Below are positions 40,001-50,380 of a stretch of DNA of 64,000 nucleotides, in pieces (the stretch's first letter is position 1; every line of letters begins with the position of its first letter). This DNA comes from an uncultured Acidimicrobiales bacterium (GTDB lineage: Bacteria > Actinomycetota > Acidimicrobiia > Acidimicrobiales > SZUA-35), in contig CALAJQ010000018.1 of assembly GCA_937922785.1 (NCBI GenBank), positions 121,855 through 185,854 on the forward strand. The letters run 5' to 3'. The notes beneath the pieces are model-generated. The model saw only the letters and a program-made list of their open reading frames with translations. It had not been told where the DNA came from and did no database searches. A program made the position numbers and the translations under genes.

Positions 40001-43000
40001 ACCCCCGGTGTACGCAGCTCCGCCCACACCACTCAGGTCCATACTGAGTTCGATGTGCTTGGCCGCCCGTTCCGAGTCCAGGATTGGGGCTACCTTCACA
40101 CAACTTCAGATGATCGGACTAGTTTCACTAGCTACGTAGTGCCTGAATACAAACTAAGCAGCTACGACAATGACGCCTGGGTCGTGTCACCAGTCCAACT
40201 GGAAGCCATCAAATCTGACATCACAACCGATGGATCTTGGGGTAACTGGATCTCAGCGGACATCTACAACTATGACAACCACAGCTATGACACCGAACCG
40301 ACGTACGGTCGGCTCACCATGGCGAGAGTTCAGGTCACTAGAACTGGTAGCGGATCACCGGTCTTTGGGGATCAGACCAACTACACCCACACCTACAGGG
40401 GTCAGGTCGCAACCGAAAAACATCTTGGAACGCTAAGCAACCCAGCTGACGATCAGCAAACCGTCTTTGCGTACCACTCAACATACGCCTACCTGACAAG
40501 TGTGAATGGGCCGCTAGACAACGACACGACCGCCTATACCCGCAAGGCTGAATTCGGCACGCCGCTAGTAACGACCGCGCCCAACAACCTCGTGACCGTG
40601 GCCACCTATGACGGCCTCGGCCGAACTAAGACCGTCAAGCTTCCTGGAGTCTCGAACCCCAGCTACAAATTCAGCTACTACACCCATGAGTTCCATGCCG
40701 ACAGCGTCAAGACCGAGACAATCGGCGACGGGTCCAGCTACACAGCAAGCTGGATCTACACAGATGGCTTCGGCCGGTTCATCCAATCTCACAACGAACA
40801 CCAAGGCCAAAACTGGGCGAACGTGACAGCCGCAAAATATGACGCAAACGGGCGATCCAATTCCAAACACAACCAATCTTCAACACATCATTAACACCAG
40901 GGCAATTTCAAGAAATCGACTGGAACAACCCGCTAGTACCGCGGACGAAGTTCTCATACCCCACAAACATCGGGAAAGGCTGTAACACCGGAGCGAACAT
41001 CAAAACAGAATCGTTAAGACAAAACGGGACCGTACGAGCCACCACCTACAGCCAGCAGTGCGGAACCCTCAACCGGTCCTGGGATGCCAACAACAAGCAA
41101 ACCGCCACCAGACACGGAGCACGCGGCCGAATCGACGCCATCAACGACGGCGAAGGCCTAACCGATCCAATCCGAACCGAATACACCTACAACGACCGCG
41201 ACCAGATCGTCAACATCAAAGACGACCACAACAACAACATCGTCTACGAATACAAAGACTGGAACATACAACAAACCAAAATCATCGACCCAGACCTCGG
41301 AACCATCACCTACACATACGACGACCACCTAAGACTCAAAAAACAGATAGATGGACGAGACCAGGGAGTCGACAGTGCCAACACCAAATCCGAACTGATC
41401 ATCGAGTACAACAAGGCTGACCAACCGACCAAAGCAACACATGACGGTGCACTCGCAATGGAGTGGACCTATGACGGACTTGGCCGACTCAAAACCACAA
41501 AAAACCGGAACCTAACCATAAACAGCACAGTCAGGGGAGAAGTCACCCAAGCCTTCACATACAACAATCAGGGACTCATCAAAGATTCAACCCTGACAGT
41601 ACCCGGTCTGACTTCGCAGAAAATGGCTATGACCTACCGCGACTCAGGCTCTCTCTACACCACCAAATACTCCCAAGGCGGGGGTGCAACTCTCGAGACT
41701 GTCACCGTCGGATACAACCAGCTCGAAACCCCAAACTGGATCGGCGTCCGAAACGGAACCAATCCAAACACACCGGCAGCATCATGGATCGGCTACGACG
41801 CCCACAACCGAGTCGAGTATCTAAACCGCGGAGTCTCAACCAGCCCAGGCGCCCTAAACACCAGATTCCGTCACGCACCCGAGACAGGCCTACTCGACTA
41901 CATCAGACACTACAGCCCCGACGACATGGCAAACCAAAAACTAGCCACAACCTGGGATCCCAACGGCAACCTACTCTCAATAAGAGAGAACGAAGCCATC
42001 ACATCCCAGTACCAGTGTTTCGAATACGACATACACAACCGACTGGACCTAGCTAGAACAAGCACACAGGCCTGTGATCAGCCAATCGTCTGGGGCGGTG
42101 AATCGCCCTACTACGTCGACTACGGCTACAACAACATCGGCAACATCACAGGCGCCTGGGGCGCAAACACACCCAACGGCCCCTACAGCTACGGCGCCGG
42201 AGACGCCGGACCCAACGCCGTAACATCAGCCGGGCCCACCGGACCAGGACAGACGCCATCCACCTACGCCTACGACAAGGGCGGGAACATGATCTCAAGA
42301 ACGAGGGGAGTAACCACAGACTTCTTCTACGGCGTACAAGGAAAGCTCATACTCACCAAGGAGGGCGGGAACGACAAATCCTCCTACCTCTACGACGCCT
42401 CGGGAAACCGCGTTAAACGAACCATCGGAAACGAATCGACCTACTACCACGGAAGCCTAGAGATCACCCAGAGCGGAGGCTCGAACAGCCGCAAGCTGGT
42501 GCTCTCGGCAGCTGGGCAAGCGATTGGTATGTGGCAGAACGGTCAACTAACAACCCTCGCCACAGACCACTTAGGCTCAGTTGGAGTGACCCGCACCAAC
42601 AGCGGTACCATCGATAGGCAGCGCTATCTTCCGTCGGGCGGACCACGGAACGCTGCCCGCACAAACATGCTAGCTCTTGACCAGACATTCACCGGCCAGA
42701 CGGACGACCCAGGCACTGGGCTGATTCACTACGAGGCCCGCATGTACGACCCGTACCTTGGTCGCTTCACTCAAGCCGACACGATTATCCCGGATCCCAC
42801 AAATCAAGCTGACCTCAATCGCTTCAGCTATGTGCGGAACAACCCACTTGCGTATACCGATCCATCAGGCAACGATCCATGCTTGGTCGGACCAATGGCA
42901 CACAGCTTCTCCTGCGGTATATACGGGGCTGGAAACTCGGGTAGCAGCGAAGGAAACCGTCGCAGTTTCCCTGGGTTCGAAGAAAGCGGCAAACCTCTTG

Positions 43001-43929
43001 AACCCACTGCAGGTCCAACGCAACCAGTATTGGACACAGGCAAGGACCTGCTCAGAACCGGGCTATTCGACGAGCGCTCGTGCCGCTCAAACGGTGGAGC
43101 TGGAGGTCTTGAGGTGGACACCGGGTGTATAGCAGAAGTTCTGACTTCGATCTCTCCTTGCAAGGCGCTGATCAAAGCGCTGTGCCGAGCAGTCGGGAAC
43201 TCAGCGAGACGACTGATCCCGGTCCGGAAAGTGCCAACTCGAGTGCCTGCATGCCTTCGATCGTTCTCACGTGACACAGAGGTCTTACTCGGAGATGGAG
43301 TTACGTCGAAGCCTATCTCGGAATTCGAACCTGGCGACGAGGTTTGGGCCCTCAACCCCGAGACCGGAGAGTCAGGACCCCGACGAGTCGAGGCCGTGTG
43401 GCCACACCACGATTGGCTCCTTTCCCTGGAGGTCGAAGGGGGGTCGGTAACAACGACGGAAGACCACCGCTTCTGGAATCTCTCGGATAACGAGTGGCAG
43501 GAGACCCAGCACCTCGACCCCGGCGACTTTTTGATTACACCGCTGGGTGACCGGGTAGAGGCCGGTTCGCTTGACTGGACCACGCTGCATTTCGACGAGG
43601 CATATGACCTCACTATTCAAGGAATTCATTCGTACTTCGTAGACACCGGCAACGACGACGTACTAGTGCACAACTGCGGCGATCTCCAGTCGGCGATTGA
43701 GCGTGGTGCGCGCATATTCGACACCGGTGGTGCCCACCTTCCGGAAGCCGTAGTTCGAAACTTGAAGAACAACCACGGCGTCAGCGAACGCCTTGCCAGT
43801 GCGCGGATTCACGCCATCAAAAAGGGCATAGAGGGGAATCCAGATCTGGCCATATCACTTTCCGGAGACGTGTGGGATCCTCGGTCGGGCGACTATCTAG
43901 GCAGCCTGACGCAAGGCGGCGGCGGGTGA
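37058..43929 (+). CDS. Rhs/YD-repeat polymorphic toxin with Hint domain (~2290 aa), interrupted by one frameshift at ~40855
   Basis: Signal peptide; YSIPVPP..GPSPSLS.SYSSGSVDG N-terminus; YD repeats; second frame open from ~40843; ARMYDP..GRF.Q.D; NNPLAYTDPSG; Hint SFSRDT...VLVHN/C. Confidence 0.9.
43261..43674 (+). other. Pretoxin Hint autoprocessing domain
   Basis: SFSRDTEVLLGDG...TTEDHRFW...YDLTIQGIHSYFV...VLVHN followed by Cys. Confidence 0.88.
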
Positions 43930-44183
43930 GCTTAGCGGGTGAAGACGAGTTGAGACCGTACGTAATCCTGAGGATTGACGTTGCTCTGATCGGTTCACAA
44001 CCTTCTGAGGCTGTAGCGGTCAAAGGCTTTGCCGTTGACCGCAAGCGGGCGGAAGCTGAGGTGGATCGCCTCAACGGACTCGGCCGCACCGACCGTATCT
44101 ACGTTCATCGGGTCGCCCGGGGAATCGAGTCAGTCATGGTCAACGATGACGGTAGCGAAACGGGCTCGGGGATATTGGAGTGA
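43926..44183 (+). CDS. Putative cognate immunity protein of Rhs1
   Basis: GTGA overlap with the toxin stop codon; 85 aa. Confidence 0.65.
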   Translation: MSLAGEDELRPYVILRIDVALIGSQPSEAVAVKGFAVDRKRAEAEVDRLNGLGRTDRIYVHRVARGIESVMVNDDGSETGSGILE

Positions 44184-44666
44184 GGGAACACAGATATGCC
44201 TCAGATGTACGAGCCGACTGGGGAGCGTTTATCCAGTATCCTTGGACCTCGCAAGTTATAGTCCATGTCAAGTTCAACCGTTGCGCCCCAAGCACCTTGC
44301 AGCACTCCAACTCCTCACGGCCTTTCAGGCTGAGGTGCCGATCGGCAGCGACTTTAACCCGTCATGAATGTCCGGGCATCGAGGATCGCGCTGGTGCATT
44401 TGTGACTGGCCGCCTGTCTGAGGATGAGGCTGCTGTGAGGGCGATTGGGCCGCGCGAACCGGGTTGAAAGGCTGGAGTTTCTATCGCTGTCGAGTGCTCG
44501 ATACTATGTGATCACGGGGGCGAACTCTAGAACAAGGCACAGTGTCTCAAGTTCCCTGCCCGCTGGCTACTCGGGCCTAGGTGAGCGAATCAACTTGGAC
44601 ATTTTCACTGGACCACTAAACCGCGATCTGGCACATGTAACGTTCTACCCTACAACAGGCGGATAA

Positions 44667-44975
44667 GTGAGGAGCAGAATGACTGATAGTTGGATAGATC
44701 TCGCGCAGGTAGGGCGAGCTTCCATGGTTCAGCGCGCCGAGCGCAAATTTCCTAGCGTGTGTATCCAGGGAGACACACTTTATACCTGGCTTCGGGAGAT
44801 TACCGAGGTCCTTGCTCAGAGCCAGGCTCAAGCCAACGAGCAGCTGCAATTCCACGCCAAAGAGCTGTATGCAATCGTGGATACTTATGCTCGGTTGTGT
44901 CGTCAAGCATCCCGCCCGGTGCCCTTTGAGTGGCCAGATCCTGCAATTGAGGAAGAATTGCTTGAGGTACCTTGA
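44667..44975 (+). CDS. DUF6959-like putative orphan immunity protein
   Basis: VQRAERKFPSVCIQGDTL motif; follows a toxin-tip-like remnant. Confidence 0.65.
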   Translation: MRSRMTDSWIDLAQVGRASMVQRAERKFPSVCIQGDTLYTWLREITEVLAQSQAQANEQLQFHAKELYAIVDTYARLCRQASRPVPFEWPDPAIEEELLEVP

Positions 44976-45013
44976 GCCTTAGACGGGTTGATCGTCTGAC
45001 GTAACGCTCGGCA

Positions 45014-45956
45014 CTACGGCGTACAACAGCCGGACAAGCGATTGGTATGTGGCAGAACGGTCAACTAACAACCCTCGCCACAGACCACCTCGGCTCGGTT
45101 GGAGTCACCCGCACCAACAGCGGGGCTATCACTAGACAGCGGTATCTACCATCCGGCGGGCCCCGACACCGGTCTCATGCACTACAACGCACGCATGTAC
45201 GACCCCTACCTCGCCCGATTCACGCAGGCCGACACAATTATCCCAGACGCCACAATCCAGGCCGACTTGAACCGCTACTCGTATGTCCGGAACAACCCAC
45301 TCCGGTTTGTCGATCCAACGGGCAACTGTCCGAGGAAATACCACAACACGCCTATGTGCTTTGAGCTTGATCAAGCAGAGCGTGAGGGTAGAGCTGGTGG
45401 ATTTTGGCCTGACTATGACGACTTCCCAGAAGGCACTGATCCAGGGCAGTATCTTGAGCCAGCCCAGACCTATCAACTCAGCAACTGCATTCCCACTAGA
45501 TTCGGCTGCGACCCTATAGTTCAGAACAACAGGGTCAGCCGATGGACTTCCCCCGTACTAGTATTTTTTGAGTTCTGCCCACAGCACTTAAGCAGCTGTT
45601 TGTATTACAAGAATCGTGCTACCGCAAACGCTGCGGCGGATGAGATATTTGGAAAGGATGAGGGTAACGAAAGGGGTGAGGAGAAGAACGCATTCAAGCA
45701 CGCATACTGGATGGCCCTCCAATCCCAAGACACCAACGCCGACTCTGCCTATTTACTGGGTGAAACCTACGAACGGTATAAGACTGACGGGATCGTGGAC
45801 ACTCAGAAGGATATGCTCAACAACCGTGTGGGAGCGACGATTGGGTCACACGTGAACAAATTGGCGCCTAGGGGTTTGGTAGCGAACGTCGTACTGACAG
45901 CCCTAGAAGGAGGGTTTCTATATTGCCAATCGGGGGAAGTGATTAGGGCTTGCTGA
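45014..45956 (+). pseudogene. Orphan Rhs core fragment + alternative C-terminal toxin (DUF6973-like)
   Basis: Near-identical to 42509-42640; NNPLRFVDPTG; NAFKHAYW...DMLNNRVG; no Rhs N-terminus. Confidence 0.8.
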
Positions 45957-46519
45957 CATTTTTTCGATTCCTGTCGATCTCCTGCGGGCTGTGCGTGATC
46001 TATCTGATTTGGGGTGCGGAATCGATGCCTGGTGGTAGTGAGGCTGGCTGGTTCTATGCGTCCTTTTGGTTCCTCAGTCTTCTATTCACTACTAGTGCTG
46101 ACATAGTGGTTTCGGTCAGGGGGCAGAAGGCCTCCGACTTTCGTATTCCGCCTCTCTCATTGGCACCCATCGCTGCGGTCGTACTAGTTCTCTCTATCGC
46201 ACTGGTTTTTTCTGTACCTGTTCGAGCTCGGTTCTGGCTTAGTGAATCGGAGTTCGCGGAGTTCGCGCAACAGCTCGACTTAGCAGAAGGTGAGTCTGTT
46301 AGGGCTAACCGGGAGGTGGGCTCGTACCGCGTGACAGAAGTGTCTTGCAGGGAAGGTTTTCTAGTTTTCTCGATTGCCGGTGCTGGCGGGTTCGACCGGG
46401 GTGGAGGGTTTCTCACTGCGAAGTCGGGTGGTTTGAGTCCAGACACTGTTGAATTCGAGACCTTGCTTGTATCTCAAGATCTGACCGCAGAATGGTTCTC
46501 TTTTTCTACGACCAGCTGA
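45950..46519 (+). CDS. Membrane protein, putative immunity for the orphan toxin
   Basis: Overlaps the toxin stop; 3 TM helices plus soluble domain. Confidence 0.65.
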   Translation: MLTFFRFLSISCGLCVIYLIWGAESMPGGSEAGWFYASFWFLSLLFTTSADIVVSVRGQKASDFRIPPLSLAPIAAVVLVLSIALVFSVPVRARFWLSESEFAEFAQQLDLAEGESVRANREVGSYRVTEVSCREGFLVFSIAGAGGFDRGGGFLTAKSGGLSPDTVEFETLLVSQDLTAEWFSFSTTS

Positions 46520-46999
46520 GCGGAAACCCCACCGCCTGGCGTGAGTAAGAGCTACTACGTAGGCCACAGCTGCGCACGCCGTTCAAATGCGTTTACTACT
46601 CTGCACGTAGAAGACACTTGGCATGATCCCTCGGATGACTCGCCATATAGAGTGGACAAACATCGCGGCGAAAAATCAAAGCAGCCTAGACCTGGCTCAG
46701 CGAGAGCGGACGGCGTCCATCTCGGGGCGATGACGGCCTCGCTCCTCTATCTCAAATCTGAGCCTACAAGACGAGAGCAGGTAGCGGGCGCTTCTCAGTC
46801 TCCCAACCAGGCCCGATTCTGCGTTGTAGGCCTCTCATTCTTGTCACATGAACCAGGGGTTGGGTGAGGTGTTTCGACTCGCTCGCCAAGCAATGCTGTG
46901 AGCAGAACACTCCTTGGCAAGCTGTAAGCCGCGTTGACATAGCTAGATCTATGTCGATGATGTACTCTCGTCATATGTGAGCAGACAGGCGAGATTGAG

Positions 47000-47830
47000 G
47001 TGAGTTCGCGGCACAAACAGGAGTTCTGCGGTGCACTCACGGCCTCAGGTAGCGCTTGTTCACGACAGGCAGGTTGGGGTCTGCCCGGGATGAATACCGG
47101 CACCTGCCGTGACCATGGGGGCCACACGGCAGCCGGTCTCAGTGTTTCGAATCCGTCGGAGCGCATGAGCACTGCGATTCAAGCGTGCCTTGTTGAATAT
47201 CAAATGCTTCGCAACGATTCCCGGTCGGCTCTCAGTACTCAGGCCAGCTTACTGACTGCGGTAGCAGCCTTCTTTGGTGCGCTTGCCGTCGTGGCTTCAG
47301 ACGGCGAGGGATTGCCTTCGATGCCGGACCCAATATGGTTTTGCCTCCCAATAATTCCCTTTGCTCTCTCAGGCTGGATTCTTTACCTGGGTCAACAGAA
47401 CTCATTGCGCACAGTCGAATCTCTTGGTATCGAGCGTTTCTTAGCTCGACAGATTGGAGTGTCCTTCAATCATTCAACGGGCGAGGCCTCTGTCGCTACC
47501 GACCCCAAGAGGACCGATCACTTTGCCGGCGACAGAGTTCCTGTTGCCTCCCATACACACTTGCTACTGCCACACCTGCGCGCTTTCAACGGAAATCATG
47601 CAGCCACCTATCTTCTGTGCACCGGCGTCTTCACAGGGGTGGTGTCGCTCGCCTTCGTCACATACCTCGCCGTTTACGGCGCATCCGAATTACCCTGGAG
47701 GATTGCGACTGGTGTATTCTACGGATGCCTTATTGGCTTTTTTCTATTGTCGAGTCACCGGAATTTCGTAGCTCCCCGGAAGCATCTCGAGATGTCCTTG
47801 AGAATGATGTCAGACTCAGCTAGTCGCTAA
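47000..47830 (+). CDS. 4-TM membrane protein with N-terminal HGGxSTG-like Cys/His motif
   Basis: CGALT.SG..C...AGWG....G.CRDHGG, then EYQMLR and four hydrophobic helices. Confidence 0.7.
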   Translation: MSSRHKQEFCGALTASGSACSRQAGWGLPGMNTGTCRDHGGHTAAGLSVSNPSERMSTAIQACLVEYQMLRNDSRSALSTQASLLTAVAAFFGALAVVASDGEGLPSMPDPIWFCLPIIPFALSGWILYLGQQNSLRTVESLGIERFLARQIGVSFNHSTGEASVATDPKRTDHFAGDRVPVASHTHLLLPHLRAFNGNHAATYLLCTGVFTGVVSLAFVTYLAVYGASELPWRIATGVFYGCLIGFFLLSSHRNFVAPRKHLEMSLRMMSDSASR

Positions 47831-48179
47831 ACGGTGTTGGTCGCTTTCTAAACACCTTCAGATGGCCGGCGGATTTCGTCGCGCTGATGACATCGGTCTC
47901 CGCCCAGTCGTCCGATGACCGTGGGTTACCTCCATGGGAGTAATCGAAAGTGTAAGTAGCTAGCGGGTCAACAGAACCATCGGTATCCGCTTGAACATCA
48001 CGGCCGAGTCGCAGACAGCGGAGTCACGAATCCCGCCCGGGAAAGAATGTGCCTGAGCTTTGTAGTCAGTCCAGGGGTAGTTTGCTGGCTGTATCTGAGC
48101 ACCACAGGGAGACCTCTGGACATCCGAATCAGGGTCGGCAACAATAGGATCGCCTTCGGTTGGTGGCAAAGCCTCAAAC

Positions 48180-48500
48180 TCAAGTCGCTATCTCGACGCC
48201 TCGGTCTTCACTCTCTGCCTCTTTGATCGCTTGTTCGACCTCATCAACTGACGCAACAATGTCAAGTGCAAGGTAGTCTCTGAGCTTCCAGTCGAGACGG
48301 CCGTCATGTGGATCGTAGATCCGAAAGGACGGTTTGATCGAGTTGAGGGGGGCAGGGGTGACAAGTTGGTCTGTGTCGCTCAAGAGTTCTGGCATGCTCT
48401 TGCGAATGACTCCCACAATCGCTCTGATTGTCCTAGCCCGGCAATCGGGGTCTCTGAACAACGGAGCCGGTTCGCGAGATGATTGTTTAGCCTTGTTCAT
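48180..48500 (-). CDS. Hypothetical protein
   Basis: ORF from MNKAKQ. Confidence 0.45.
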   Translation of the reverse strand: MNKAKQSSREPAPLFRDPDCRARTIRAIVGVIRKSMPELLSDTDQLVTPAPLNSIKPSFRIYDPHDGRLDWKLRDYLALDIVASVDEVEQAIKEAESEDRGVEIAT

Positions 48501-48712
48501 GTATGTCCTATAATGGCTGAGCCGCGAGATCTTGTAAATCGTCAAATCGACAACGATGCTGATTACCCAGCCGGACAACAATTGCAGGCCCGGGCCTGAT
48601 GTTCAAATAGAAGCGTATCGGGTGTGGATACTCTGTGCATAAGATCGCGTTCGGGCAGCTCGACCTGTGGACAGTCAACCCACCTGCGTGAGAGATTCAA
48701 GTTCGGGGTTTT

Positions 48713-50380
48713 CTACTCGGGTGCTTTCGGTTCATTGAAAGCGGCGACGAGCCCCACTAGATACACTTCGAGTTCCTGAATAAACTCTTCGGCCAACTCT
48801 GACTGAGTCTTGCTCATCGCTTTGGACATTCTTTGAGCTTCGGGTCTGTCCGAAAAGGCGACAAGGGAGGGGCGGATCTCGCTTGCTCTCGACAACGTGA
48901 ACCTAATCGCTTTGCCGTTCTTTCTGCGATCCAGCCATGAGAACAGATCATGATGCCGTCTCGGTGCAATTCCCATGAAGGGTTCAAATGTTGGCTTGCT
49001 GCCATTTCCAGTGGGCGGAGCCTTCTCGACTAAGTTGACCTCGCCGCCAAAGAAGTGCTCCGCTTTGCTCTTCGGATAGGGCTCAAGGTAGACGACCCTC
49101 GTTACGCCCGATCCAATAATGTGTCGGGTGCATTCGTGGCAGGGATGAGTAGTTACGTACATCGACGTCCCATCTGTGCCAGCCTGTCTTCTGGCCGCAC
49201 TTAGGAGTGCCGACATCTCTGCATGCATAGCAGGATCAAACTCGACCATTGAAAAGAATTCTGCAAGGCGCACGTCGTCTTCTTCCATCAGGACTTTTAC
49301 AAGTCGATTAAGGTCTTTGGGCTTGCTGACGGATTCCAAGAGGCTTGCACCGGCAGGACTCGCAGTAAGTTCTTGCGAGTTCATCAATCGCGACACGAGA
49401 TCGGTGAATATGCGCTGTTTTTCGGCGCCTGAGATGTCTGATTCCTCGCGAAGTGATGAATCAGACTTGTCGGTGCCATATGTCAATTGACCGCCGCGGG
49501 CGCGCGGCATATCGTTCCGTCCGGTCGCCACGAGGTCTTCTCCGCTGTATAGCGATGCTCCAACTCGCCTTGGTAGGGCGGTGCTCTGAGATGCGGCCGT
49601 GAATGCCTGGGCTATACCGCACTCGTCTTGCTTCGCGATTCCGAACGGGTCCGAAAAAATTAATCGGACCAATCGATCGATATCTTCCAATACTGCGTCG
49701 GAGCTGCTCTCTCCGTTTATGAACAGGTCTCCTTCGAAGAATGTGTCTTCGATGCTAAGTCTTTCAATCGGTTTCGTAGAGACCTCATCGAATTGATCCC
49801 TGTACTCGTGTGGCCAGCCTCTGTCCCGGAGCATCAGATCTTTCGCTAGCTTGCTGGCGATCTTGGACACCTTTTTATCAGACATGTCCGCGTTGCTGGA
49901 CGTGATGTCCGACTCAAGATCTCGAATTATGTTCTGCCTGCGCGATTGCTCCGAACGAAACACTGAAACTAGGAAGAACAGGCTGCCGAACAGGTTTCGG
50001 TAGAGTGACACTTCAGCCTCGTGCATCAATGACTTAATCAGGAATGCTCTGCCCCGCCTCCCCTCAGATAGCTTCACGTTACGGCGATTCTCAGCAATCG
50101 CATTCACGCCTAGCCTTGCGACGCCGCTCTTTTCTTGGGTTCGAATCCAGTCACCCTTGCTCATGAGGACGTTCCTTCGAACGTACTCTTGCGACTTTGA
50201 GTCCATTGTTCCTCGGGGATCAGGAACAGCCGTTGCCAACAGCTCGCTGAGGCGAACTACCTCAAGCTGATAGCCAGCGCGCTCAAGCGACGCGCGAAGT
50301 CCTGATTCGACCATGTCCAAGTCAGTACCCATGGCTTTAACCGTCGCAAAATAGAGGTCCGGAGATTCGTGTTCGGTCAT
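48713..50380 (-). CDS. Anti-phage dCTP/dCMP deaminase (AvcD-like: P-loop-kinase-like + deaminase domains)
   Basis: N-terminal MGTDL, IKSL.H..EV..YR..FG..F, L..RD, DTF...D.FI; C-terminal VGA, G.ND.P, HAEMSAL, TTHPCHEC.RHII..G...VVY.EPYPKS. Confidence 0.88.
   Translation of the reverse strand: MTEHESPDLYFATVKAMGTDLDMVESGLRASLERAGYQLEVVRLSELLATAVPDPRGTMDSKSQEYVRRNVLMSKGDWIRTQEKSGVARLGVNAIAENRRNVKLSEGRRGRAFLIKSLMHEAEVSLYRNLFGSLFFLVSVFRSEQSRRQNIIRDLESDITSSNADMSDKKVSKIASKLAKDLMLRDRGWPHEYRDQFDEVSTKPIERLSIEDTFFEGDLFINGESSSDAVLEDIDRLVRLIFSDPFGIAKQDECGIAQAFTAASQSTALPRRVGASLYSGEDLVATGRNDMPRARGGQLTYGTDKSDSSLREESDISGAEKQRIFTDLVSRLMNSQELTASPAGASLLESVSKPKDLNRLVKVLMEEDDVRLAEFFSMVEFDPAMHAEMSALLSAARRQAGTDGTSMYVTTHPCHECTRHIIGSGVTRVVYLEPYPKSKAEHFFGGEVNLVEKAPPTGNGSKPTFEPFMGIAPRRHHDLFSWLDRRKNGKAIRFTLSRASEIRPSLVAFSDRPEAQRMSKAMSKTQSELAEEFIQELEVYLVGLVAAFNEPKAPE

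Noticed and set aside
39051-41420. Alternative-frame ORFs inside Rhs1 (39051-39878, 41058-41420)
   Set aside because: Low-complexity shadow frames of the Rhs coding sequence; the real continuation is the frame of the 41458 ORF.
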